Positions 38,471 through 54,180 are shown, numbered from the stretch's first letter. The stretch: DNA of 64,000 bases from Octopus vulgaris (GCA_951406725.2 OX597833.1:29512001-29576000); one strand, 5' to 3'. Notes: generated from the letters alone by a model not told the origin. Program-made: numbers and translations.

Positions 38471-40849
38471 CTTTGTTGTTACTACCCCACTATTACAGCC
38501 AAAACGAACACCAATATCTACATCCCCAGAATCATCTTTTGTAAAACACCTTGATAGACTTGCAATAAGAACTTAATCTTGTGCTCCTTCATGATTTCTG
38601 TAATGAATATCTGAGTAGGGGTGAGCACAGAGCCTTGGTCAACACTTATTGATATGTTAAATTTTTAACTAGACCCACAGCTGAATCAATAAAGAGTCAT
38701 CCACACAGGTTCACGACCTATTAGAAATAGGAGCAATGAAATTTCTTTAAATCACACCCTGCCATTCTATAATGTTGTCCTAGAGACATTATATGTTAAA
38801 TAAAGGTCTGATTGTCAAAGCTACAATGTTTTTAACATAGATTTTGACCATGGCTGACCTGAGGCTAAGTAGAAACATGGGAGGTCTACATAGCAGGATC
38901 TAATCCTAGATAGACTATTTCTGAAAAACAGCAAGCCTATACTTCATTGCTGGATCAGAGCTGACTGGAGTGAACAACAAAAGCAATGGCTTACATATCT
39001 CTTGCATTCATCTAATTGTCACAAGTTCTGTAATTTTATATCTCTTAGTCAAGAGAAATGGCAATACCTCTGGTATTTTACAGAACCGCTATGACTACAG
39101 GCACAGAGGAAAGTGTCCTCAAACTTGAAACCTGGCTTGAATATTTGAAATAGGGTGCACTCTATTGAAAGCACTCAAGGATCAGATAGTGGTGATAAAC
39201 CGAGTGATAGATTAAGTTCACCAACAAAGTACAACATGGCAGGAATTGAACTCAAAATGCTGAGCAAGAACAAATACCACAATGCATACCATCAGAGCTC
39301 TACTGATTCTACCAGTTCACTATCCCAGACTGGTATGTTATTTATTAACTCTAAAAGGATGGAAGGCAAAGCTAACCTGGCAGGATTTGAACTCAAAAGT
39401 CAAGAAACCAACATAAATATCACAAAGCTTTCCAACTAATGCTTTAATAACTTTTCCAATTCATCATCTATAAAAATTAAACAGGTTATGAGTCTCTGTC
39501 AAAGCCTTCCCCAAAGGATTTCTCTTGTTATTTGTTCCTTATGCACTGGATTCATTAATACATACAAACACCATTTCAATTCTTGCTGTTCACATGTTAA
39601 TAGCAGTTTACTGATTTGACATAATATAGTATTTTTAGTTTGTAGTTTGTAATACACACAAACTAATAAAACTAAATTTGATCCAAGTTAACTTTATCTG
39701 ATGCTAATTTTGTTGAATCTATTTCAAATACTTTTACAACTTAGTTCTAGTATACTTGCAAAGGAACTCCTATGTATGCCACCAAGATGGCCTTTATATG
39801 GCTGATAAGTATGCTAGAAATAGAAGCCAAATTTTACTTCAATCACATCTCACAACATAGAACACATTACCCTGAAAAATTAAACCAACTTTAGTTGTAG
39901 ATGTCATTGACAATGGTTAACCTGAGACTAAACAACAACAACCACTTAATTTACTGAGAAACTAGCATTGTACCATCATATGCTTCCTTGCTACAACTAA
40001 ACTCAAAAGTCAACTGGACCCTTCTCCATTGGTTCTGCTTTGGGAAGGTTTTCACTCTGCCATTAATAGCAACATTTCGTTGCTTCTCTTTTTTTCATCA
40101 TACACTGAAACTAAGTATCTCAGTGTCATTGAGGACACATTTCTCACAATCGGCAATGTAGTTCCTCATGAACATATTGCTTTGAAGTTCAAAATCTTAT
40201 GAACCAATGAGAGGCCCTCTGTATGGTTGCTCCAGCAGCTAGAAATAGAACCAAAATTTCTCTCAGATCACTCTCTGCTACCTCAAAAAGTAGGACTCAA
40301 TAAATAAGGTAGTTCTCATGTAGGAAACATTACAGTGACTATTTTGAGTATATCACTAATTCTTTTTTAACTATTTAACAATCACATTTTTCTGTCAAAA
40401 CATATGCTTATTCATTGACATTGTTTTGAATTAATCATGCTTTATCTCATAGCTTTGTAACTGTTAATTTTTATAGGATTGGTGTGAGAAGCCAACTTCT
40501 GATTAGTCTGAATATAAGCAGGTAAAATATTTTGGCTATATACACATGCAGGTTTGTGTGTATATGCAAGCCCCACATGCAAGTGCGTGCACACACACAA
40601 TGAATAATGATGAATATACGACTTGAATATGATATATCACAAAATTTATTTACCACAATGAACTGCATATATTTTAGAAATACACCTCAATTCCCATTTA
40701 TACCACATTTCCTCTGAACAAACTTGTAAGTATGCATAATTATGTGTATATATAGATAGGATTGTGTACACAATCATTTTGTTTTTAATTGTATGGATGG
40801 ATAAACGAGACAAAATTGCTATAGCTTTATGTGAGGGTAAATTAGAGAA

Positions 40850-42480
40850 CCAGTCTGGTCGCTTTTGAAATTGATAGGTTGAACATGATAAATGTTATGT
40901 CTTCAGTGCATCACTAACGTCTTGCTGATCTCAGGCTAAAAAGAAAAAAAAAAAGAGCACACTATGATTCTATAAGAGATGAGCTCTGGAAAATGGTCCA
41001 ACTAATAAATTGATCTTTTCAATGTCTGACCTATGTGTCTTCCCAACGATTGCTGTCAAACGAAAACTGGCCATCTATAGGGAAGTTGTTGAAATTAATC
41101 TCTGATTTGAACATCAAAGTAATGGATATTTAAGCAAAAATCTATAGAGAATTGCATAATATGATATCGTTCTGAAATGTTTTCCTTGTAAACCTGCTCG
41201 CAACTATGACCAAATCCAGCTGCATTGAAAAGACCCCTGAACTTATCATAGTTTACCATCCATTATATGCCTGAAGCTACATATTGTAGCTTCCTTAAAT
41301 TGTGACTCAGCACCACAGTTTAAGCAATAATGGACAGATAAACAAATTTGTCAAGTCTGGAAGCTATGGAAATGAGATACATGTTGATTTGAGGATATCA
41401 AACCAATCAATGGGCAACAATGCAAACGCCCTAGAAAGCTAAAACATTCCCTATGAATCATAACTGGCTCAAATTAGTTTAGTGTATGCAATGAAATCCA
41501 CCTTTTCGACTCTTACATCAAAAGTTTTGGAAACATGAGCACATTCTCTACTCTACAATGGGGTTGTTAGCATGACTGTCTATGATGTTTTTGTTCCAAG
41601 ACCACTTTGATGATGGTGAAGATAGTATGATGTTCTATGTTTGCTCAAGCTTTCCAACAATTCCCTGTGGTGAAAAATAAAACAGTTGCACCAAGAGGTA
41701 TTTTTCTGCAGCATTAAATACACACATCAACACTTCTACTTACTGTTCTCACACAGGTCAAATTACTGATGATCCAAAAGCATGTGCTGAGCTTATTGCT
41801 GAATGCTATACTGGCATTTTTATTGTTAAAAATGTAAATGTGTCATCTTCACTATTATAGTCACAAAAATTCTATATCTGTTGAATTTACTCCAGCACTT
41901 CTTCAATGCCATCTCTAGTATAAATGCAACCATGCTTCCCTTAGTTTTGATGGTGTTACTTATCTTCTTTTCAAATACAATCGGTTCTTTCTACTACATC
42001 AGCATTCACTTCTCTTACAATTCTTTCTTCAAGAACAGAGGAAAATTATCAGTTTTGTTCCTTCTTCAAAAATAGCAACTGCACATACTCTGTCAGTCTC
42101 ACTAGTTATAATCCAGTGAGTCTTAGTAGCTGTGTCACCAAATTGATGTAATCCTGTATCAAAGAGACATTCTGAAATTCCTGGAGCTTTCATAACTTAT
42201 TTGATCTTCACAATTTAGATTTATCTCTAATTCTAGCTGCTGTGGCCAGCTCATTGAGTTTCCTGAAGACATCACTTGAATCAGCAATGATGGTTCAAGG
42301 GTGGATGCTATCTATCTCCACTTTGCCAAAGCCTTTAATTCTGTGCCTCATTTATGGTGCAAACTCTCTGCAATGGGAGTGAGGGTTAATCTTTATAATT
42401 GGTTGAAGTCCTTGGACAACATTGTGCGTTTTTTCACTGCAACCATCAATTTGCAGTTTTTCAAAAGAAACACTAACTGT
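40850..42480 (+). pseudogene. Highly decayed CR1-like LINE
   Basis: VDAIYLHFAKAFNSVPH..KL..MGV...LYNWLKS at 42301. Upstream, remnants resembling YNPVSL and APE-like IVYHPLY. Confidence 0.55.
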
Positions 42481-42666
42481 ATCAAAATCACTCATCTCAG
42501 GTCTTGGAATACTACAAGTCCTCCAGACCAATCTCATGACAAAAAAGCTATCTATATTCAAATGTGAAAAATTTAGCAGAAAATATTTAATGCAAGATTG
42601 GTGGATGGCATGATACTCAAGTATTTGATTTTTAGGTAAAGAGTGAAGGTTGCATTATATTTGATA

Positions 42667-43984
42667 CTAGCAGCATAGACCGGCGTTGCCCGGGTATGTA
42701 AGAAACTTTGTCGTTAAGCAATGCCCTTTACCTTTTTACCCTTTTTTGTACTCATTGAACCGTTATTTTGTAAAATGAAGCCTAAAAGCCATTAAGGCAT
42801 TCAAGGCACCGTTCCTTTGCATGCATGAAGAAAATCTATGACAGTCAAAGTGCATTTTCTGGTTTTGTTTAGCACACCCAATCCAGTTCTGTGGGATCAG
42901 TGTCACGACTGGAACGCATGGGTTGGGAGTTTGACAGGCAGAGGTGATAAGGTTGCACATGCTGGCCCTTTTGATACCGCCCATCCCCCCGAACCCAAGT
43001 TGAGTTTGGACCACAGCTAAGCTCTACCTAATCCTAACTTAAGTCTAGTGAAAGGGGGCTCAGGAGCCTCTAGTAGGCAACGACTAATCCCGATCTAGTC
43101 CTTTCCCTCTAGGGAATGAAGGCGCATGTGTAGGTTGCAACTTCTTCTCTTCACTCCAATACTTCTGTGTATATGACGTTCCTAGCTGAAGCGGCAAAAA
43201 TCGACTAAATCGCCTGAAATCTGCGAACTATTTAACAAAAGTCAGTTTTGTAGAGTTCGCATGGTCGGTCTTAAAGTGATATGGTTTTGTCGATTTCTCC
43301 CAATACTTGTTAACTGCATTGAAAAAAGGTCGTTAGTTTGACATTTAATGCAAACTTGATGTCCAACATCGGTGTAGGGAAAATCTATGTGAACTTTCAA
43401 AAATGATCGCAGAAAAATCGGTTTGCTATGTGTGCCACATATGATGTAATTAACCGATTTTTTCCAGTAATAACGTATCCTATTGGAATCAAAAGGGCCA
43501 TATAGCTCCTTGGAGCAGACATGATGCTCGCTTTGAATTTCAAAAAAAATTCCTGCCAATTTGTTAAAGATATTGTCGAAAATATGTCATCTTGAATTTG
43601 AATGCGATTTCCCAAAATGGCATAATTTTATCGATTTTTTCTGATGGTAAGGTATTGCATGGAAAACTAACGTCAGAATTAAGTTCCTTAGGGTAACATT
43701 AAGCTTCACCATGAGTTTGGTGAAAATCGATTGCAAGTTGCAAAAACTACAACGGAAAATGCGTTGCATATGATAAGCTTAGATTCTCGACCCCATGTTG
43801 AATTTATCGATTTTTTTCAGAACTGGGGGAACTTTTCAAAATTTTCGCTGCATTAGTTTTGAATTATGACCTTGGGCTAGGTGTGTGTCAAGTTTCATCA
43901 GAATCGGTTGAAAGCCGTGGTCAGGGTGAGGGTACAACCTGACAGACACACAGACAGACAAACTGCCTTTTATATATAGAGAGA
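42667..43984 (-). mobile_element. Non-autonomous Helitron
   Basis: Minus strand has 5' A|TCTCTCTATATATAAAAGGC, hairpin ACCCGGGCAACGCCGGT and 3' CTAG|T. Same end architecture as 33778-34142 and 20836-22309. Confidence 0.75.
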
Positions 43985-44861
43985 TTGCATTGTACTTGCA
44001 TAGATACAGTGACATCTTGCTATCAATCAAGCTTCTTATTATTGATTTTTGCTACTCAGCTTTCTTCTTTCCTGCAAGGTAGTCCTCTTATAGTTCTATA
44101 CATTGTGCTATTCTACCATGAATCAATGAGGGATCTTCTTTGGAATTACTCAACTTGCTAAAATTAGCAGCCGGATATTCTTCAAATCCCACCTCAAAGT
44201 CTTAAAAAAGAAAATGACACATTGGATAATGTGGTCCTCGATATATAGAAAAAGGACAGGATGGTCACGTCTGGAATGCCTTTGGTTACAGGTTACTGTT
44301 TGATCATAGTTGACCTGAGATTAAACAACAGCAACATTGGCAGTTACCACAATGTCACTTGCTGATTAACTCTGTCTGTAGAACTGGTCTCACAGCGTGT
44401 TGTTCAATTTGGATCACATACATGCAACAGAAAAGAAACAGAAGTGCTTGTTGCTGTTGTTGTTGTTGTTGATTTGGTAAACAGAAACTGAAAGAAGCCT
44501 GTCCTATATATATACATTTATGTGTCTGTTATTGTGTATGTGTTTGTCCCTGACCATCACTTGTCATCCAGTGTTGGTTTGTTTATGTCCCTGTAACTTA
44601 GCAGTTCAACAAAAAAGACTGATAGAATAAGTACCAGGCTTTAAAAATGGTACTGTGGTCAATGCGTTTGACTTAAAAATCCCTTTGAGGCAGTGCCCCA
44701 GCATGGCCTCAGTCCAATGACAGAAACAATTGAAAGATGAAAGATAAATATCTCTGACTTTAAAATTTAGAAAACTAAGGGAATATTCCATTTTTACCCC
44801 TAAAATTTTTCTTATTAACTTTAATTGAAATGAAATTATTTGTATTTTAAAAAGATAGTAT

Positions 44862-46030
44862 CTATTAGGTTGAATCATATGAAATATTGTTTTCTAAGAG
44901 ATTTAATCCATTGAATGTTATTTGGCTTGCTTTATATTCATAATGGCTTCACTCTCCAAATGGTGTCTCTCTCATAAGCTTTGATGTACCCTTAAATAAT
45001 TTGGTGATTTTTGAACAAGCATATTTTTCATATGACTTGAAATTATGACATAATGCAATGGAAGCTTCAAAAGATATTAATTTGGCATTTAGAAAGAGTT
45101 GTGTAGACCTGAAGAGTGTAGCAAAGGTTTTAGAAATTTCTCTGTTTAGATAAGAGTTTCAGTGTAAGTGATGGAGGAAACCAAAGTCTGTTACAATGAA
45201 GACCTCTTAAGAGAATGAGTGGAAAGAAACTCTTAAACAACAGTTCATAGCTTGTGGCAGATATGGCAGTATCAACTTTAACTGTTCCCTGCCCTTTATG
45301 TGTTACAGGTAAAATGAAAAAGTTGGATAATGAATTTCACATGACTTGATTGAAGAAAAGAAACATGTTGAATCTATTACTTGTGATTCAAAATAGATAT
45401 TGATTGACAATTATAAATGATCTGGGAAATGGTTAGATGTAGATGGCTCCTTTTCCAAAGTAACAAATGCTCCTCAAACGGTTATATGGCAATTGTAGGA
45501 TGGTTTTCAAAAAGCCTGATCTACAAGTTCTTTTTAGGATCCAGCAAGACCAATCACTGCGAGTTCATACTGTCAAAATATTGATTATGCACAAAAAACT
45601 GATATTAAAAGAACCAAGACTGTTAAGCAGAGATGGAATTATTCTGCTGCTTGATCATCGTTTGATTGCTTACTTCTCAAATCACAGTTCAAAAGTTAAC
45701 TGAGTTAGGTTATAAAATCTTGCTGATCTCACCTTACTCGTTTGACATCTTCCAAAAATGATTACTTTCTTTTCAAGCACTTGCTTAAGTTTATACATAA
45801 AAAAGAAAAAAACTAACTGCAGTTGAAGCATTTAAGCATTTTACTCCTAGTCTCAAAAGATGAAGAGTTTTCTAATATAGCAATGTCTAACATAACATTG
45901 TCAAAAGACAGTTGAACAAAATGGTCCAGGACTGGTTTTGATGAAATAAATTTATTTAATCATTTACTATGTATTTACTTTTTCTTTTAAAGAATGACAT
46001 TCATACATAAATTAATTTCTACATAAATTA
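44862..46030 (+). pseudogene. Very decayed mariner transposon
   Basis: TATTAGGTTG start. Remnants *ISHDL (WVPHEL-like) near 45330, GIILLLDH near 45635, and PYSFDI..DYFLFKHL (YSPDLAPSDY-like) near 45730-45783. Confidence 0.55.
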
Positions 46031-47584
46031 ATTATTTGTAATAGAAACAGTATTTATACCAAAAGATAATTTTTATATCCAGATGAACACAGATGCCTTG
46101 TTAGAACACCAAATACCATGTCATTAGCCTTAAGAAACTATATATAGAACTTAAGAGGTTATATGAGAGACCCTCTCATATAGCCACTTGGTGCATAAAT
46201 GCACTCGCATAGATTGCAGCAAACAAAATTTGTTTGTCAAGGGTACTAGAATTCCCATATCACATGATTTTGGTTTATTGGACCTCAGTAGTGGAAGCAC
46301 CAGTTACTGCATGCCAGTCAAATCTTGCTGCTACAATATATAGAATATCAGCCTCATTTCAAATGCTGATGTCACAAATTGCAGGCTTATTAAAAATTAA
46401 TTATTAACAACGGAAGCAGTATTAATATCAAAAAGTAATCTTTATATTCAACTTAATATGGATGCCTTGTTAAAACACCAAATAATGCATTATTAACCTT
46501 AAAGAACCTTCCCATTGGCAAAAATTTCTTATGTTTATCTTTGAGTTTAAAGATATATAATTAATTAAACTACTGTCAAATCTTTTCACTACTATAAGAT
46601 ATCATTTGTAACATATTTCCTCAACTTGCAAAAATTAAGATTCTTTACATTTAAAAATACTTAAATTCAGATCCTTACTTAAGTCATAAATTTAGTGCAG
46701 CACTTGGATCTGAAGACTTTCTAAAACCAGAAAGTTTCAGCTTCAAAATTTTGGGGAAAATTATTGACTAATTTAACAGTGACTAGAATAAGTTGGTATG
46801 TTATTTTACTTTAATTTTTTAATTGGCTTCTTTCATTGGAATATGGAATATGGCCATGCTGGGGTAACACCTACAAGAGTTATAGTTAATCATATTGACC
46901 CAGAACTTATTCTGTCCATAATTATCAAATTATTAAATTACATCTCAACAAACAGGTTTACACAGATTTACACATGCATAGACATACACATACATACACT
47001 CACATACATTCACACAGAGATATACCACCCTCACACACAGAATGTGTATCTATACAGTTTGTGCCTGCTAGATTCCGCTGCCATGGCTCAAAGTGCCATG
47101 CAACACGAGTGAACTTTTTCACCACATATGGCTATGCTTGAGCATATCATATTAGTATATATGCAGTCTAAGTTGAGTAAACTGTTGTATAAATAGCAGA
47201 AGTTTTTGTAAAATTCCTTTCTTATAAATTTGTATATTGATAATTTTAAAGTATTAAATGAGTGATCCAGTATCTTGAGTCCTCATCTTTGTTTAACGTC
47301 CGCTTTCCATGCTGGCATGGGTTGGATGGTTTGATATGGATCTGACCAGCTGAGAGCTGTCCAGACTCCAGTTGTCTCTTATGACATGGTTTCTACAGCT
47401 GGATTCCCTGCCACTTAACAGAGTGTGCTAGATGCTTTTTACATGTCACTGGCATGGGTGCATTTATGAAGCACCAGCATGCAACACTGACACAAGTGTG
47501 TTTACACAGCACTAGTACAGGTGCTTTTTATGTGGCAGCAGCACCTGAAAGGACATGCCTATATGTGTGGAAGACAGAAATTTT

Positions 47585-48452
47585 ACTTAGCTTGATGCAT
47601 CTTGTACAGCAAATCTCCACATTTCCCAGTCATTTCTTTAGTGAAGCCCAGCATCTGTAGATCCTTTCTCACCACTTCATCCCATGTCTTTTTGGGTTTA
47701 CCCCTTCCACAGGTATCCTCCACAGTTAGAGCTCGGCATTTTTTTATGCAACTTTCCTCTTCCACATGCATCACATGACCAAACCAGTGCAGTCTTCTCT
47801 CTTGTACACAACATCTGATGACTCTTACACACAGTTTTCCTCTTAAATCATTTACACTATGTCATGCAGGCACACTGACATTACCCATCCAGCAAAGCAT
47901 GCTCACTTCAGTTCTTTCAAGCCTTTGCAAGTCCTCTGTAGTCAAAGTCCATGTTTCACAGCCACGTAACAGCTGTACATACACAGGCATCATACAGTCT
48001 GCCTTTCACTCTGAGGGAGAAGCCATTAGTTACCAACAAAGGTAGAAGCTCTCTGAACTTTGCCCAGCCCATTCTTGTTCTAGCAACTACAATTTCAGAA
48101 CTTCCTCCTCCACTCTATTCCCTGCGCATTCTTAGTGCTTACTGTACCTGCACACTTGGCACATACAAAGACTATATTCTCTGTTAACCTTACTGTGATA
48201 CCACTACACCTCTTATGTGTCCAAAACCTGCACTGCATACAATGTAATACAATGTATGAAGCTTCTACCAACACCCATCTTACATATCGAGTTGGGCCAT
48301 CTCCCAGAAGGGACTTGTGATTTGTCTGTTTTCCTTCTTACTAGGACTTCAGTTTTTGCTACATTAATTCTAATACCCTGAGATTCCAGGTATTGCTTCC
48401 ACATCCGAAATTTCTTCTTTAAGTTAGGTAGTGATTCAGCTATAAACAACAT
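47585..48452 (-). pseudogene. Older RTE RT fragment (same family as 4969-7980)
   Basis: FRMWKQYLESQGIRINVAKT, PSGRWPNSICKMGVGR, CIKKCRALTVEDTCGRGKPKKTWDEVV. Smaller pieces lie near 34195-34325 and 35265-35560. Confidence 0.8.
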
Positions 48453-49411
48453 CCTTCTACCATTCTTTTACTTCCAGCTCTTATTTTGGGTTCCACACAA
48501 CCTTCTGAAATTTATTTATTTGATCTTCTCTGTAATTTATGATGATCATCTGTGAGAAGAAAACATTCTTAATTCATTTGAAAAAATGACATTTTGTAAG
48601 AAATCAAAGTTAATTTCTTTGTATACATCAATGTTGTTTTTCACAATAATTGGAACATTTACAAATAAATGTAAAACTAGTCCATACTCCTAAGGGGGAT
48701 ATCATACCATGATTGGGAACCACTTTTATTACCAGGAGTAAACTGTGAGTGTGTAAGAAACCATAGGGTACATCTGCAATGAGAAAAATAATGTATTTTT
48801 AATTTTACAAATTCATAGGTATGTTATTTATATTAAATTAATATTTTGGTGTTATGATTTAAATAGATTTTACATATGGGGTTTTAGAAACTGCAGTAGC
48901 AGGTGGTTTTAAATTTGGATATGGATGAAATTACACCCATGGGAAAAGGGTTTTGTCACCTCTGATATTTATACAATGGTTTGACCTATTAAAAATAGCA
49001 GTGAAATCTCCTTTAAATCATACCCGACTATTTTAAATAAAAAAGGATACATCAGACAATGTTGCTTTTGATTTACTAAGATAGGAGATGGCCACAGTTG
49101 GAACACCCATATACAAACATTAATGTCACTTCCAAAAAAGACAATCTGATTGACTAGCAAACCTTCACTAACCAACAACTTGCTCAGTGTCCAATGATCT
49201 CCAATGGGCAGTTCATTAAATGCAGTCAAAGGCAGACTTGAAGTCAATGAATGCAACCAATGTGTGCTGCCCACATCCAAGGACAATGCCAGCTGCAGCC
49301 GACTATTGAAGACCAAATCTGGCAGTGTAGGATACATGGTTTCTACAGCTGGATTCTCTACCTAACACCAACGACTTAACAGAGTGTGCTGGATGTTTTT
49401 TACATGTCACT

Positions 49412-50346
<935 letters not shown>

Positions 50347-51166
50347 TTATCTGTCTGTCTGTCTGTTCGTCTGCCTGTCAGTCTGTCTGTGTGTCTGTCT
50401 ACATCATTTCTATTTTTAAGACAGTAAGGTATGATGAAATGTGGTTGTTATTTCTTGGAAGTTGAGCAACCATGTAGGTGCTCTCCTCATTATCTTGCAC
50501 TTGGCTGTTTTCCTGCTTACTGAATCCCGTTATTGATTTTCATGTGTGTTGAAGATTAAAACCTCAATGTCAAGGTTTCTTTGCTTCATTGTCTTTTTTC
50601 ATTGACACGAAGCCAGAACTTTTATCATCAGTGAAAATTTTACAATTCTTAGTTTAATCCTTTCCAAAACCATTTTCTTAATAAAACATTCTGTAGTAGG
50701 TTTCAATTCATTTTGAAAATAATCAAGAAGAAATTTGGAGGATTTAGTAAATTAATGAGATTTAAGTAAATTAATTAACTAATCTAATTACATTTTAAAA
50801 AGGGATTAGAAGAAAAAGTAGTAAGAAACCTTAAAGAAGTTTTCACATGAATTTTAAGTAAGTTGAAAAGGAAACCCAAAAATAAAGGAATCAAAAATTG
50901 AAATAAAATTTACCAAATTTAAAAAGAAAAATTACATGACCATAATAATTAAATTATAACAAGAAACCTGCAGTCATTTTTAGAAATATTTTAAGAGGAA
51001 AAAATAATTAAATAAAAAAATTCAGGATAGACACAGGTGTTCCATGTTTTTTCTCTTATTATTGGAATTAAGAAATGTTTTGTTTAGATACTAAGATTTT
51101 AAGGGAACTGCTGAATACAAAAAAGTGGAAAGATAAGAGAAAAGGTAGAAAGGAGGTGTGTGTGTG

Positions 51167-51197
<31 letters not shown>

Positions 51198-51924
51198 ATG
51201 ATCCTGTGTATGGGTATGTACATGTATGTGTGTGTGGTTTCTGAGAAGAGAAACAAACAACATTGCACCAAAGTTTAGCACCAACTAACATTATGTGGCA
51301 TACTACCCTTATTGAAAGGAACTGAGAGATGGGAGTTGGTAGTTATGGGAGGAGTGAAAGAACAAAGTTATTCTTACTTTCTCACTGACCTTTTTCTCCT
51401 AGTGCTTCATTCTATACATTTGAAGACGAAAAGAAGATGAAGTAGAGGAAGATAGGGGGAAAAGAATGGAGGGAAAACTGTTTTCGGCATGGTTAGCAGA
51501 GCAGAGGCATCCAATTCCGGTGCCAGAATACTAGTTAAACTACACCCATAAATGAATATTATTTCCAGCTGTTCAGTAAAGAAGAAGAAAAATGTTTGGA
51601 CCCTCAATTGATGTCAAACTCTGATATAACCTGAAACAAGTTCATTTATTTAATGTGTATGTGTGTGTGTGCACATAAAATATATATGTGTGTGTGTGTG
51701 TGTGTGTATAAAGTACATATGTATAAGGATGTATATATATTTATAATGTATATATACATGCATGTATATGTATGTATGTATGTATATATGTATGCATGTA
51801 TGTATATATGTGTATATATATGTATATATGAGTGTGTATGTATATATGTGTATGTATATATATGTATATATATATATATATTATATATATGTAAATGTGT
51901 GTGTGTGTGTGTATATATATATAC

Positions 51925-51978
<54 letters not shown>

Positions 51979-51999
51979 GTATGTATGAAAAAATATAGA

Positions 52000-52311
52000 C
52001 AGTTTATTTAAAGATATTCAAATCAATATAATATATGAAATTCATATCCCTACAGCTGTTTCTATATCCAGTTAATTCAATTAGAGAAGTTGAATTAAAT
52101 TAATTTAAAATTTTCATATTGAAACTGGTTGATTGGATATTTTATCAAGGAAATACCCAATGATGAAATAACCAATTAACCAGTTTCAAAATGAAAATTT
52201 TAAATTAATTTAATTGAATTTAATTTATCTAATTGAATTAGTTGGATATAGAAACAGCTGTAGGGATAAGAATTTCATGTTATATTGATTTGAATATCTT
52301 TGAATAAACTG
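52000..52311. repeat. Fold-back palindrome of two divergent HHR relics
   Basis: Arms CAGTTTATTTAAAGATATTCAAATC... / ...GATTTGAATATCTTTGAATAAACTG. Plus copy: ATGATGA..long stem II..GAAACAGCTGTA-GGGA. Minus copy: TTCC-TTGATAA..GAAACAGCTGTA-GGGA. Confidence 0.8.
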
Positions 52312-52657
52312 ATATCTATATGTCAATTTCTCTGTTTTCTTCTTTTTCTCATTCATAAATATTTTAAATACCCATATCCATCAATGCAAAACTAACATAT
52401 TTAGTTTTTCACTGAACACTGGTATAAACCAAAGAACTAGGATGCAAACATCCCTTAAAGGATTATAGATCCTTGGCTTGATTATATATATAATCAGCAG
52501 GAATCAATGGCAGTGATCCTTTTTTTCATTTTTATTAGCAGAGAATGCTTCAGAAGTTACTGAACACTTAGCATTTCATGCTAAAGCACTTAATAATAAC
52601 AACAATAACATCGAAAAATACCTTAGGAATGAGAACCCAGGTTCGAAATTTCCTCAA

Positions 52658-52703
52658 GACACCTGACGGAGGCTGGAGCGTATATCAACCAAAACAGTGT
52701 GTT
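52658..52703 (+). ncRNA. Decayed minimal HHR relic in a short PLE-like repeat
   Basis: GACAC-CTGACGG-AGGCTG..TCAACC-AAAA-CAGT-GTGTT. The topology is kept but A9 and G12 are mutated, so it is predicted inactive. Confidence 0.4.
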
Positions 52704-54053
52704 AACAACAAACAAGATGAGGACAAATATCTATCAAATGTAAATAATGTACATAATTCCTCATCTCTTAAATATAGAACTGTAACTGTCCATATATTAA
52801 ACATTAATGGCATGTGATTGCAGTACATATATTTGAAAATTTTCTTGTGTAAAAGATGTGGCCTGGATTATGTATAGGTGTATGCAAGTTGAAATTTTGC
52901 TTATATATATATGCCTTGATATACATATGAACAGACACACATCTGTGCAATGGTACAGTAGTATATGAGAAGACAAACATTAGCACACTTGTCATATCTT
53001 TATCTTTATCATCTTTTATTTCTTTCAGTCATTTGACTGTACCCATGCTGGGGCACCACCTTGAAGGCTTTTAGTTGAACAAATCGACTCCAGGACATTT
53101 TTTTTTTCTTAAACCTAATACTTATTCTGTTGGTCTGTTTTGCTGAACCACTAATTTATGGAGGCGTAAACACACCAACACAGACACAAACACACACACA
53201 CACACGCGTGCGCACGTGCACTCACATACATGCATGCACCCACGCACACACATGCATGCACCCATGCACACACACAATGGGCTTGTTTTAGTTTCTGTCA
53301 ACTAAATCCACTCACAAGGTTTCAGTCAGCCCCAGGCAATAATGGAAGATACTTGCCCAAGCTGTCACACAGTGGGGCTGAACACAAAACAGTGTAGTTG
53401 GGAAACAAGCTGCTTACCACACAATCACATATATTTACCCTAGATATGACTTTAAACTGCAGCTATTAGTTGGGTCCTGGTTTGGGAGTTCCAGGGTTTA
53501 ACTACTATTGTTCCCAGGTCTTAACCACTATTGTCCCCAGGTCTATTCTGACCCAGAGTGATAGTGTCTCTCAGGATCTCAACTATAGGTTTATTAGCAA
53601 TGTTATGGGGAAAAAATTACTCAAAGCATAAACCTTTACTGCCTTGTGAATTCCTGGGGAAACTTGGGAAAGGGAAAGACTAGGGGAGTCAACATCAACA
53701 ACAAATCCAAGAGTGTAGTCCCTCAGATGGTTTAGTTTCCTTTTTGACACCTTTCCAGCAACTTCAAAGTAGACAGGTGAATCTCTCTAGCCCAGTAAGA
53801 TATTTCACCTAACATAAGGCCACCTTTGTGTAAAACCTACAGTTTGCTGCTCATTGTAGCCATCTTAGCCTGCTAAGCTTCTGTAGTTAGACCTTCAAGT
53901 CTAAAGAGAGAGATCAGATTTTATGAGCTGACTTTCACTTTAAAACTATTAAGCACAGGCAGGAAGAAAAACCCTGCAGTGTCAAGGATCAATTTACGTA
54001 ACCACTTGAGGGCATGTCACTCTTCGTCATGGTCTTCAGACACAAAGAAACTA

Positions 54054-54114
<61 letters not shown>

Positions 54115-54119
54115 TGTCT

Positions 54120-54180
<61 letters not shown>

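Noticed and set aside
36591-38576. His-, Asp-, Ser- and Tyr-rich ORFs
   Set aside because: Trinucleotide low-complexity DNA that is open in several frames on both strands, with no domain signal.
39040-40110. Short candidate minus-strand coding exons near 39067-39130 and 39955-40105
   Set aside because: Splice-like signals exist, but there is no recognisable protein similarity or consistent phase, so chance cannot be excluded.
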